Source of the DNA: Planctomycetota bacterium
GTDB lineage: Bacteria; Planctomycetota; GCA-002687715; CAIWVZ01
Reading direction: 5' to 3'
NCBI GenBank assembly: GCA_044222185.1
Contig: JBGANV010000005.1
Location: 320,001-384,000, forward strand
Length of the DNA: 64,000 bases
Shown here: piece after piece, positions 29,926-38,785 of the stretch
Layout of the letters: each line of letters opens with the position of its first letter
How positions within the stretch are numbered: position 1 is the first letter of the stretch
Made by a program: the position numbers and the translations under genes
The notes under the pieces: model-generated
Database searches by the model: none
Told to the model about the DNA's origin: nothing
What the model saw: the letters and a program-made list of their open reading frames with translations, nothing else

Positions 29926-31503
29926 GTGCCAACGGATCCATCCACCACGACCTTGTCCGAGCTGATCCGCGCGCAGGCGCAGGTTCGCGGAGACCGGATC
30001 GCGCTGATCGTCGGTGCGAGAACCGTGAGCTTCCGCGACCTGAACGCGTCGGCGGACCGCGTCGCGTCCGCCCTCACGAGATGTGGCTGCGGCAGAGGCA
30101 CGCGCGTGGCGGTCCTCGCCCGCGACTCGGAGATCACATTCGCGATCCTGTTCGGCGCAGCCCGCGTCGGCGCCGTGCTCGTGCCGATCAACTGGCGGCT
30201 GACGGCGCCGGAGATCGGGTTCATGCTCGAGGACTCGCAGGCACGGATTCTCTTTCTCGACGCGGAGTTTTCGGCGCGCGTTGCCGCGACCGTCGGGCCG
30301 ACGGCCGCGCCGATCCATCGTGTCGTCCTGTACGGAGCAACCGACGACGCCGCGAGTTTCGATGCGTGGGTCGCACGATCGGCGCCCCCGGCGAACGTGC
30401 CGGAACCCACGCCCGACGACGTGGCCGTGCAGATGTACACCTCGGGCACGACGGGGAACCCAAAAGGCGTCCTCCTTCCCCACCGGAGCCTGTTCGCCGT
30501 GATGCGCTCGCTGCACGCGCACGGGGATCCGTGGATCGGTTGGTCGGACCGCGACGTGGGACTGCAGGCACTCCCGTCGTTTCACATCGGCGGGCTGTGG
30601 TGGGCCGTGACGACGCTCTTCGTCGGCGCGACGAACGTCGTGCTGCCGGCGTTCGCCGGCTGGCAGGCCCTCGACCTCATCGCGCGCCACCGGGTGACGA
30701 AGACCTGCTTCGTCCCGTCGATGATCCAGTTGATGCTCGCGGAGCCGAACGCTGCCACGGCCGACGTCTCGTCGCTCGACACCGTCGTCTACGGAGGCTC
30801 GCCCATTCCGACGACGCTGCTCGAACGCGCGCTCGCACGATTCCGCTGTCGGTTCTTCCAGATCTACGGCCTGACGGAGACGGGCAACACGGCCGTGTGC
30901 CTGCGTCACGAGGATCACGTGGGGCCCGAGCCGAGCCGGCGACTGGCGGCGGGCCGCCCTTACCCCGGCGTCGACGTGAAGTGCGTAGATGCGAGCGGTG
31001 CGACTCTGCCGCCGGGCGCCATCGGCGAAATCTGCATCCGATCGCCGGCGAACATGATCGGCTACTGGAATCGCCCCGACGCCACGCGGGATACGCTGCG
31101 GGACGGGTTCGTCCACACGGGCGACGCCGGAACCATCGACGCCGACGGCTACGTGTTCATCTCGGACCGAGTGAAGGACATGATCATCCATGCCGGGGAG
31201 AACGTGTATCCAGCCGAGGTGGAGAACGCGCTGTCGAGTCATCCGGCAATCGCGGAAGTTGCGGTGATCGGGATTCCGGACGAGCGGTGGGGCGAGGCGG
31301 TGAAGGCCCTCGTCGTCCTCGTTCCCGGCGCATCCGTCACGCCGCAGGAACTCGCGCGTCATGCCCGCGCGAGGATCGCCGACTTCAAGGTTCCCAAGTC
31401 CGTGGACTTCGTCACCAGTCTGCCGCGGACTCCGAGCGGCAAGCTCCGCAAGGCGGAGCTGCGCGAACCGTACTGGCGCGGCCGCGAGCGCCGCGTCAAC
31501 TGA
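29926..31503 (+). CDS. Fatty acyl-AMP/ACP ligase (ScoC/FadD10-like), 525 aa
   Basis: YTSGTTGNPKG, YGLTETG, HTGDAG, SGKLRK adenylation motifs. FHIGGLWW is reminiscent of ScoC-type ligases. Start reassigned to GTG 29926 with GGAG RBS. Confidence 0.88.
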   Translation: MPTDPSTTTLSELIRAQAQVRGDRIALIVGARTVSFRDLNASADRVASALTRCGCGRGTRVAVLARDSEITFAILFGAARVGAVLVPINWRLTAPEIGFMLEDSQARILFLDAEFSARVAATVGPTAAPIHRVVLYGATDDAASFDAWVARSAPPANVPEPTPDDVAVQMYTSGTTGNPKGVLLPHRSLFAVMRSLHAHGDPWIGWSDRDVGLQALPSFHIGGLWWAVTTLFVGATNVVLPAFAGWQALDLIARHRVTKTCFVPSMIQLMLAEPNAATADVSSLDTVVYGGSPIPTTLLERALARFRCRFFQIYGLTETGNTAVCLRHEDHVGPEPSRRLAAGRPYPGVDVKCVDASGATLPPGAIGEICIRSPANMIGYWNRPDATRDTLRDGFVHTGDAGTIDADGYVFISDRVKDMIIHAGENVYPAEVENALSSHPAIAEVAVIGIPDERWGEAVKALVVLVPGASVTPQELARHARARIADFKVPKSVDFVTSLPRTPSGKLRKAELREPYWRGRERRVN

Positions 31504-31517
31504 GGACGTCAGAGGGG

Positions 31518-33134
31518 TCAGAAGTCGTACGTGACCCACGTCTCCGCCTGCGGGGTGTTGTTCGCGGACCAACCGCCGGCGAAGAGGAACGAGCCGTCAT
31601 ACAGGCGCGTGAACGTGTGCGCACCGCGCGGCCGGTCGACCATGTTTCCGAGTTCGGGATGCAATCCGATCCAGTACGTCTGCCAGATGGACGTGCCGCT
31701 GTGACGCTGGACGACGCTCGACGCCGTCGGCGCGGTCATGTCGCCGGTGAGACCACCCGCGATGATCACCGAGCCATCCGCCGCACGCTCTTGCGTATGG
31801 AACGCGACCGGCTGCGCCAGTGCGCCGACGTTCGTCCACGCGGTGCCGTTGATGAGTTCGCACGAGTCGATGGCGACTGTCGCCGTCGTGCTCCCGACGG
31901 TACCCAGCCCGAGTCCGCCCGAGACGAGGATTGAGAACCCCGTCCCGATCCAGCTCATCCCGTGGAACGCTCGCGCCGTGGCCATGGCCGGCATCGTGGA
32001 GAACAGCCCGGTCACCGGATCGAAGCGTTCACACAAGGAAGTGAATTGCGGGAACGACGGTCCGCCGAAGATCGACGGCGTGACGGACCCAAAGATCCCG
32101 CCAGAGATGAAGACGCTCCCATCCGGAAGCTGCATCTGCGCGTGCCCGACGCGACGAAGGACCATGTTTCCGGCCGTGGAGTTCCACGTCCCCGTCACGG
32201 GATTGTAGATTTCGGCGCTCAACAGGATGCCGTTCATCCGGGCCACGAACTCGGCCTGCGCCGCCGCATAGCTCGGTATGCCACCCGTCGCGAGCACCCG
32301 GCCGTCGTTCAAGAGCGTGAGCCCGTGACCAGCGCGTGGCGACAGCATGGCACCGGTCAGCGCGAACGTATTCGTGACTGGGTCGTAGATCTCGCAGCTT
32401 GCGGTGACGTTGCCTCCCGTCTGGATTCCGCCCGCGTAGAGGACGCGGCCGTCCTGCAGACGAACGGAGCGATGCAGCATGCGCGACTGCGCCATGGACG
32501 GGCCCGGTGTGAACGAGCGCGTCATGGGGCTGAAGATCTCGGTCGAGTTGCCCGCCGTCGGGGCCAAGAGCGTCCCACCGCCGCCTCCGGCGACGACGAC
32601 GTTCGTGCGGTTGTCGCCTACGTACCGCTGGAGGCTGTTGGCGGTGTGAAAACCGCGGGCGGTCGCCAGGGCGTTCGTGGTCGGCGTGAACCGGCGCTCC
32701 TTGTCGAATTGGATGCGCACCGTCTTGCTGACGGAGATCGACGGGAACGGCAACGACGGATCGAGCACTGCCGCGTAGACGTAGATCGGTGGCGTGAAGA
32801 TCAGGGCCGGATCATTCGGGACGAAGGCGACGGCCGTTGCGGCGCCGTTGGAATCCAACGAGAACGGGATGTGGAAGAGTGAAGGCGACGTGAAATCGAG
32901 CCAGAACGTGCCCCAGCCCGGGATGACGGTCGGCCCGTAACTGAGCGCGCCGCTGATCGCCGCGGCGCCGTACGGCACGTTCACGGCCCCGAGCGAAATG
33001 GTCAGCGGCTGGCCGATGATCGCCTGGGTCGGGACGATGTAGGCCTGGCCCACACCGTTGCCGTCCTGGCACAAACCGACGGCGGCGACCACGGACGCAA
33101 GCGCGACGGACACCACGAACGACCGAGTTCGCAT
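31518..33134 (-). CDS. Secreted kelch-repeat protein, paralog 1 (538 aa)
   Basis: Signal peptide ending GLC/QDGNG. Seven kelch blades (R..H...L.DGRVL..GG...E.YDP). GGAGAG RBS. Confidence 0.85.
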   Translation of the reverse strand: MRTRSFVVSVALASVVAAVGLCQDGNGVGQAYIVPTQAIIGQPLTISLGAVNVPYGAAAISGALSYGPTVIPGWGTFWLDFTSPSLFHIPFSLDSNGAATAVAFVPNDPALIFTPPIYVYAAVLDPSLPFPSISVSKTVRIQFDKERRFTPTTNALATARGFHTANSLQRYVGDNRTNVVVAGGGGGTLLAPTAGNSTEIFSPMTRSFTPGPSMAQSRMLHRSVRLQDGRVLYAGGIQTGGNVTASCEIYDPVTNTFALTGAMLSPRAGHGLTLLNDGRVLATGGIPSYAAAQAEFVARMNGILLSAEIYNPVTGTWNSTAGNMVLRRVGHAQMQLPDGSVFISGGIFGSVTPSIFGGPSFPQFTSLCERFDPVTGLFSTMPAMATARAFHGMSWIGTGFSILVSGGLGLGTVGSTTATVAIDSCELINGTAWTNVGALAQPVAFHTQERAADGSVIIAGGLTGDMTAPTASSVVQRHSGTSIWQTYWIGLHPELGNMVDRPRGAHTFTRLYDGSFLFAGGWSANNTPQAETWVTYDF

Positions 33135-33296
33135 GAGCACTCTCCAAAGGACGGCGGACATCCTACGCCTCCCCTGCCCGCCGAATGCAACCGGTGGATG
33201 GTTGAGACGCCGACGTTCCAGCGGTTGAGTTGCCGCCGACGCCTCCGCGTTGCATCTCAGGTGAAATTCGGCGCGGCGACGCGCTTTGGAACCGGA

Positions 33297-34928
33297 TCAG
33301 TTGTCGTAGGTGACCCAGGCTCCATTTTGGGGCGTCGCGTTCGCGGACCATCCTCCCGCGAGCAGGAACGAGCCGTCGTACAGCCGCGTGCACGTATGTG
33401 CACCGCGACCACCCGGCACCCCGGTGAGCCCGCGCTCGGGGTAGGCGCCGATGACTGGCGTCGACGTCACCGTGAGCCCGGTGTGCCGCACCACCATGGA
33501 CGTCGCGGTGGGTCCGACCATCAGGCCGGTGAGTCCGCCCGCTACCAGCGCCGAGCCGTCGGCGGCCTGGACCTGAGTGTGGAATGCCGCGGCCCATGGG
33601 AGGTTCGGGGCCGGCTGCCAGGACGTTCCGTTGAAGCGCTCGCAGGTCGAAAGCGCGAGGGTCGCGGCCTGGGACCCGACGTTGAATCCGCCGGTTACCA
33701 GCACCTCCCCGCTTGCTCCCACCAGACTCATGCCGTGAAACGCGCGCACGGCCAGCATCGACGGCCGCGGCTGGAACTGCTCCGTCACCGGGTCGAACGC
33801 TTCGCACGTCGCGACGACGTTCGGCACCGCGAGGGTGTTGTAGATCTGGGCGGTGATGTAGGAGTTCGCGGTCGCACCACCGGCGGCTCCGCCCGTGATC
33901 AGGACCGAGCCGTCAGGCATCAGAAGCTGCGCGTGGCCGACGCGAGCCGAAGACATCGGCGCCGCGACGGGGCTCCAGGTTCCGGCGCCCGGGTCGTAGA
34001 TCTCCGCCGAGTTCTGGGCCGAGTTCATGGCCATCAGGAAGTCGACGTTGGCCGCGGTGTAATCGGCAAGTCCACCGGTCGCGAGCACGCGGCCGTCGTT
34101 CAGCAGCGTGAGCCCATGGCCCGCACGTGGGTGCGCCATGCTCCCGGTGGCCGTGAACGTGTTCGACGCGGGGTCGTAGATCTCGCAGCTGGCCGTCGCG
34201 GGTCCGGCCGGAGTGATGCCGCCCGTGTAGAGAACGCGGCCATCCTGGAGCCGCACGCTGCGGTGGACGATGCGCGCCTGTTGCATGTCCGGGCCGGGCA
34301 CGAAGCTCCGCGTGAGCGGCTGATAGATCTCGGAGGTATTCGTCGCCGTGGGCGCGAGCAAGGAGCCCGCACCGCCGCCGGCGACGACGACCGACGTTCG
34401 GTTGTCACCGGCATATCGCGTCAGGCTGTTCGCCGTATGGAGGCCGCGCGCGGTCGCCATGGCGTTCGTCGTCGGGCTGAAGCGCCGCGCGTAGTCGAAT
34501 TGCACGCGAACGGTCTTGCTCACCGAGATCGGCGGGAAGGCCAGCGAGAGGTCCACGACGATGGCGTAGAGGTAGACAGGCGGGAACGAAAGGAGCGCGG
34601 GGTCGTTCGGGATGAACGCGACCATCTGCATCGCACCGTTGGCGTCCAACGTGACCGGGATGTGGAACAGGGTGGGTGACGTGAGGTCGAGCCAGAACGT
34701 GCCCCATCCGGGCACGACCGTCGGGCCGAAGCTCGCGGCCCCGCTCAGGCCGGCGTCACCGTTCGGGACGTTGGCCGCACCGAGGCTGATCGTGAAAGGC
34801 TGGCCGATGATCGCCTGCGACGGGTCGATGTAGGCCTGCCCCTGGCCATTCCCCTCCTGGGCCGGAGAACTCGTGGCGGCATATGCGAACACCAGTGCCC
34901 ACGCGAGGAAACGTCCGCAGCTGTTCAT
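33297..34928 (-). CDS. Secreted kelch-repeat protein, paralog 2 (543 aa)
   Basis: Signal peptide ending SPA/QEGNGQGQAY. Collinear with paralogs 1 and 3. Alternative ATG at 34934. Confidence 0.85.
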   Translation of the reverse strand: MNSCGRFLAWALVFAYAATSSPAQEGNGQGQAYIDPSQAIIGQPFTISLGAANVPNGDAGLSGAASFGPTVVPGWGTFWLDLTSPTLFHIPVTLDANGAMQMVAFIPNDPALLSFPPVYLYAIVVDLSLAFPPISVSKTVRVQFDYARRFSPTTNAMATARGLHTANSLTRYAGDNRTSVVVAGGGAGSLLAPTATNTSEIYQPLTRSFVPGPDMQQARIVHRSVRLQDGRVLYTGGITPAGPATASCEIYDPASNTFTATGSMAHPRAGHGLTLLNDGRVLATGGLADYTAANVDFLMAMNSAQNSAEIYDPGAGTWSPVAAPMSSARVGHAQLLMPDGSVLITGGAAGGATANSYITAQIYNTLAVPNVVATCEAFDPVTEQFQPRPSMLAVRAFHGMSLVGASGEVLVTGGFNVGSQAATLALSTCERFNGTSWQPAPNLPWAAAFHTQVQAADGSALVAGGLTGLMVGPTATSMVVRHTGLTVTSTPVIGAYPERGLTGVPGGRGAHTCTRLYDGSFLLAGGWSANATPQNGAWVTYDN

Positions 34929-35094
34929 GTCCATACCCCCGTCGAGAATCGACGGTCTCCGTGCGAGACCTCGGTTTCGAGCGCGGCACCGCGCCTCCGC
35001 CTGACGCGCGTGCAAGACCCGTGAAGGGCAGCAGATTAGTCGATGAGTCCGGGTCTCGCCAGTGCCCGCGGGTGAAGTGCCGGGGTTGCGGCGC

Positions 35095-36702
35095 TCAGAA
35101 ATCGCAGGACGTGAAGGCGTCCGTGAGTCCCGCGCCGGTGTCCCAGCCGCCTGCGACGACGTACGACCCGTCAAAAATCCGCGTAAACGAGTGCCCGCCG
35201 CGGGGGCGGACCACGCCCTGACCTCGCTCAGGATGGATGCCCAGACTGAAGCTTTGAACGACCGCGCTCCCGTCATGGCGATAGACGAGGGCCGTCGCCG
35301 TGGGATTCGTTGCGAAGTCCGAGATGAGCCCGCCTGCGATGATCGCCTCCCCGGTCTGCGGCGAACGAAGCTGAGTATGGAACGAGGTCGGCGTCGGGAG
35401 GCTGGCCACCAGGGTCCAGCCCAAGCCCGTGAGCTTCTCGCAGACGGGCGTCGCCTCGCAGATCCCGAGGTTCGGGTTCCCAACGATCCCGCCGGTGACC
35501 AGGAGCTCGGTCCCGGCGCCGACGAAGCTGATTCCGTGGAAGGCGCGGGAGAGCGTCATCGTCGGACCCGTCGAGAACGTGGCGGTCGCGGGGTCGAAGT
35601 ACTCACACGTCGGCGTCATGACCGGGATCACGGGGCCGACCAGCGTGGACGTTCCCGTGGCGATGCCGCCGGAGATCAGCACGACGCCGTTGGGCAATAC
35701 GATCTGCCCGTGGCCGGCACGCGGACTCGCCATCACGCCGGTGAGCGACGTCCATTGGCCCGTCGCCGGCGTCCACACCTCCGCCGAGTTCATGATCGAC
35801 GTCATGCGGGTGTGGAAGTAGGTCGCGGCGCCCATGTAGTCCGGGACGCCGCCGGTCGCGAGGACACGGCCGTCGTTCAGGAGCGTCACCGCGTGGGCGG
35901 CGCGCGGCCAGTTCATGGACCCCGTGGGCGACCACGTGTTCGATGCCGGGTCGTAGATCTCGCACGCGCCCGTCACGACGCCAGCGGTCTGGACGCCGCC
36001 GGAAACGAGGACGCGCCCATCCTGCAGCCGGACGCACCCGTGGAATGCGCGCGCATCGTTCATCGGAGGTGCGGGGACGAACGCGTGCGTCACCGGCCGA
36101 TACAACTCCGCGGAGGCCGTGGAGACCGGATTCAGCAGGTCGCCGGTGCAGCCGCCGGCAACGAGGACCGCATTGCGGTTGTCACCGTCGAATCGAGAGA
36201 GGCTCTGGGCCGAGTGGAAACCCCGTGCCGTTCCCATGGGCGACGCCGTGGCGGTGTATCGGCGTTCGTAGTCGAATTGGACGCGGATCGTCTTGCTCAC
36301 CGAGAGGGACGGAAACGGCAGCGAGGGGTCGACGACGGCGGCTTGGAGGAAGACGGGCGGGGCGCCAAGCAGCGCCGGGTCGTTGGCGATGAAGACGGGA
36401 ACGATGGCCTGGCCGTTGGAGTCCAGCGTGTACGGGAGATGGAACACGATCGGCGCGTTGAGCCCGATCCAGAACGTGCCGTAGCCGGCGATCGTAGTTG
36501 GGCCGAGGCTGGACGAACCGCTCAGGATGGCTTGTCCGTTGGGGACGTTCGGCGCGCCCAGGGCGAAGAACAGCGGCCGTCCGATCAGCGCCTGGCTCTG
36601 TTGGAGATATGCCCCGCCCTGACCGTTGCCGTCCTGGGCGCGGACGGATGCCTGCGCGATGAAACAGGCAACGAAGAGCGTGACGAGACGGCGCATCTCC
36701 AT
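35095..36702 (-). CDS. Secreted kelch-repeat protein, paralog 3 (535 aa)
   Basis: Signal peptide ending VRA/QDGNGQGGAY. Kelch blades. Start reassigned from the 1300-aa ORF (GAGGG RBS). Confidence 0.85.
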   Translation of the reverse strand: MEMRRLVTLFVACFIAQASVRAQDGNGQGGAYLQQSQALIGRPLFFALGAPNVPNGQAILSGSSSLGPTTIAGYGTFWIGLNAPIVFHLPYTLDSNGQAIVPVFIANDPALLGAPPVFLQAAVVDPSLPFPSLSVSKTIRVQFDYERRYTATASPMGTARGFHSAQSLSRFDGDNRNAVLVAGGCTGDLLNPVSTASAELYRPVTHAFVPAPPMNDARAFHGCVRLQDGRVLVSGGVQTAGVVTGACEIYDPASNTWSPTGSMNWPRAAHAVTLLNDGRVLATGGVPDYMGAATYFHTRMTSIMNSAEVWTPATGQWTSLTGVMASPRAGHGQIVLPNGVVLISGGIATGTSTLVGPVIPVMTPTCEYFDPATATFSTGPTMTLSRAFHGISFVGAGTELLVTGGIVGNPNLGICEATPVCEKLTGLGWTLVASLPTPTSFHTQLRSPQTGEAIIAGGLISDFATNPTATALVYRHDGSAVVQSFSLGIHPERGQGVVRPRGGHSFTRIFDGSYVVAGGWDTGAGLTDAFTSCDF

Positions 36703-37068
36703 GAGTAAACCCTCGATCTTCGACCTCGGTCTGGAAGGTCCGCGGTGGACCCGTCGATCCACGAACGAACCCGACGGCGCGGCGACGGTATACGACGCCG
36801 CCGCATTCCGCCAAACAAACCTCACCGCGGCGGTCGGTGGCGACGTGCGCGGGGCTCGGCCCGACGCCCACGGGGTGACCGAACCTCGGCGCAGCAAATG
36901 CCTTGCGCGAGCGGTGCGGGCCGAGCTCCGCAGCCCGCGCCTTCCCGGGGTGACGTCGCCGCAAATCCGGCGTTCCACCCCGGCTTTTCCTCCGAGGGAC
37001 TCTGTGACGAAGCTGGACGAATCAGGCGGCGCCGCCCCGTGCGGCAGTCCAGAGGAGACATGCGTCCG

Positions 37069-38664
37069 ATGAGTACACGCCATGCGTTTCGATGGGTGAT
37101 TTTCACGCTCGTGCTCGCGATCGCGCCCGCGTGCGGGCAGCAGGGTGATCACGGGCACGAGAAGGCGCCGGCCGTCCATGCGGGGGCGCCGGGCTCGCCA
37201 CACGAAACCTCCAAACCGCCGGCGCACGAGCCGGCGAACGGAGGCGCGCCCGCGAAGGCTCATGACGCTCCGCGACCAGGCGGAGGTGAGAAGGCGCACG
37301 CCCCCGCCGGCAAACCGGACGACCACGCGCCTGCGCACGGCGCCGCGAAGGATCACGCGGCCGACGCGCATGACGCCCACGACGCACATGCGCCCGCGGC
37401 ACCCGCGGACGCGCACGCCGGTACCCACGCAGGCGCTGGCGACCCCGACGCGATCTGGGAAGACCTCGCCGCCGGCAATCGGCGCTTCGTCGACGGCAAG
37501 CCGAAGCCGCGCGAGTTCGTGGAGCTTCGCAAGCAACTCGCGACCGGGCAGCACCCACGCGCGGCGATCCTCACCTGCGCCGACAGCCGCGTCGCACCGG
37601 AGATCATCTTCGATCAGAACCTGGGTGACGTGTTCGTCGTCCGCATGGCCGGCGCGACCGCGGACCCCGTGGCCCTCGGAAGCCTCGAGTACGCCGTCGA
37701 GCACCTGCACGTCCCTCTGATCGTCATCGTGGGACACGAGAAGTGCGGCGCCGTCGCCGCCGCAGCCGGCGGCGAGAAGATGCCCACGGCGAACCTCGAG
37801 GCCGTCGTCTCCAACCTCAAGCCAGCGCTGGCGGATCTCCCGAAGGATCAAGTCCAGGCCCGCGGCGTCGGGGCGTGCGTCGACCTCGTCGCCCAGGACC
37901 TGCGCAAGGACAGCCCCATCCTTCGCGAGAAGCTCGACAACGGCTCGCTGACGATCATGCGAACGGTGTATTCGCTGGAGACGGGCGCCGTGGAGCGCCG
38001 CGACGAGAACGTCGAGACGTCCCCCGAGGCCGTGTGGAAGGAACTGGTCGAAGGAAACGCCCGCTTCGTCGCTGGCGAACCCCGCGCCTACAACCTGGCG
38101 GCCCGTCGCCGTCGCGTCGCCGCAGGCCAGCACCCCCGCGCGATCGTCCTCACCTGCGCGGACAGCCGCGTCGCTCCCGAACTGGTTTTCGACCAGAGCC
38201 TGGGCGACGTGTTCGTCGTTCGCAACGCGGGAAACCTCGCCGATCCGTTGTCGCTCGGCAGCATCGAGTACGCCGTCGAGCACCTGCACGCGCGGTTGAT
38301 CATCGTCATGGGACACGAAAAGTGCGGCGCAGTCGCAGCCGCGGTGGCGGGACAGGCCATGCCGACGCCGAATCTCCAGGCCATCGTCGACGACATCGGT
38401 CGAACGATCGCACCGCTGAAGGCGAAAGGTCTTTCGGCCGAGCTGGCGTCTCGCGGTCCGATCGACAACGTCATGCGCGTCGCGAAGGACCTCGTCGATC
38501 GCAGCTCCATCGTGCGCGAGGCCGTCGAGAATGGGCACGCGGGGATCGTCCGCTGTCTCTATCAGCTCGAATCCGGCACGGTCGTCCGCTTCGACGCGCC
38601 GGCGAAGGAAGTGGGCGCGGCCGAGGCGCCGGCCCACCAGGCCACGGCCGAGGGGCATCGATAG
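37069..38664 (+). CDS. Lipoprotein with His-rich linker and two tandem beta-carbonic anhydrase domains
   Basis: Two copies each of CADSRV and GHEKCGAV Zn motifs. Lipobox-like IAPAC. Alternative start at 37060. Confidence 0.9.
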   Translation: MSTRHAFRWVIFTLVLAIAPACGQQGDHGHEKAPAVHAGAPGSPHETSKPPAHEPANGGAPAKAHDAPRPGGGEKAHAPAGKPDDHAPAHGAAKDHAADAHDAHDAHAPAAPADAHAGTHAGAGDPDAIWEDLAAGNRRFVDGKPKPREFVELRKQLATGQHPRAAILTCADSRVAPEIIFDQNLGDVFVVRMAGATADPVALGSLEYAVEHLHVPLIVIVGHEKCGAVAAAAGGEKMPTANLEAVVSNLKPALADLPKDQVQARGVGACVDLVAQDLRKDSPILREKLDNGSLTIMRTVYSLETGAVERRDENVETSPEAVWKELVEGNARFVAGEPRAYNLAARRRRVAAGQHPRAIVLTCADSRVAPELVFDQSLGDVFVVRNAGNLADPLSLGSIEYAVEHLHARLIIVMGHEKCGAVAAAVAGQAMPTPNLQAIVDDIGRTIAPLKAKGLSAELASRGPIDNVMRVAKDLVDRSSIVREAVENGHAGIVRCLYQLESGTVVRFDAPAKEVGAAEAPAHQATAEGHR

Positions 38665-38785
38665 ACGCACCGGGCGCGCGGCCCGAACGCCGCGTGCACA
38701 CGAGTCGACGCATCCCCTCGGTGGCGAGCGCTGCCGCGCGACCTGATACGATCCGCGCCACCGTCCACATCGAGGGGATCGCATC

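Larger units (their letters stand above)
5901..31503. other. Hybrid isonitrile-PKS-NRPS biosynthetic gene cluster
   Basis: Five tightly packed minus-strand genes (scoE-like, fcoT-like, PKS1, PKS2, NRPS): one 8-bp gap, two 4-bp overlaps and one 8-bp overlap. Plus a divergent acyl-AMP ligase. Confidence 0.9.

Noticed and set aside
31518-36702. Galactose/glyoxal oxidase call for the kelch proteins
   Set aside because: The proteins end right after the propeller and lack the C-terminal domain that supplies a Cu ligand.
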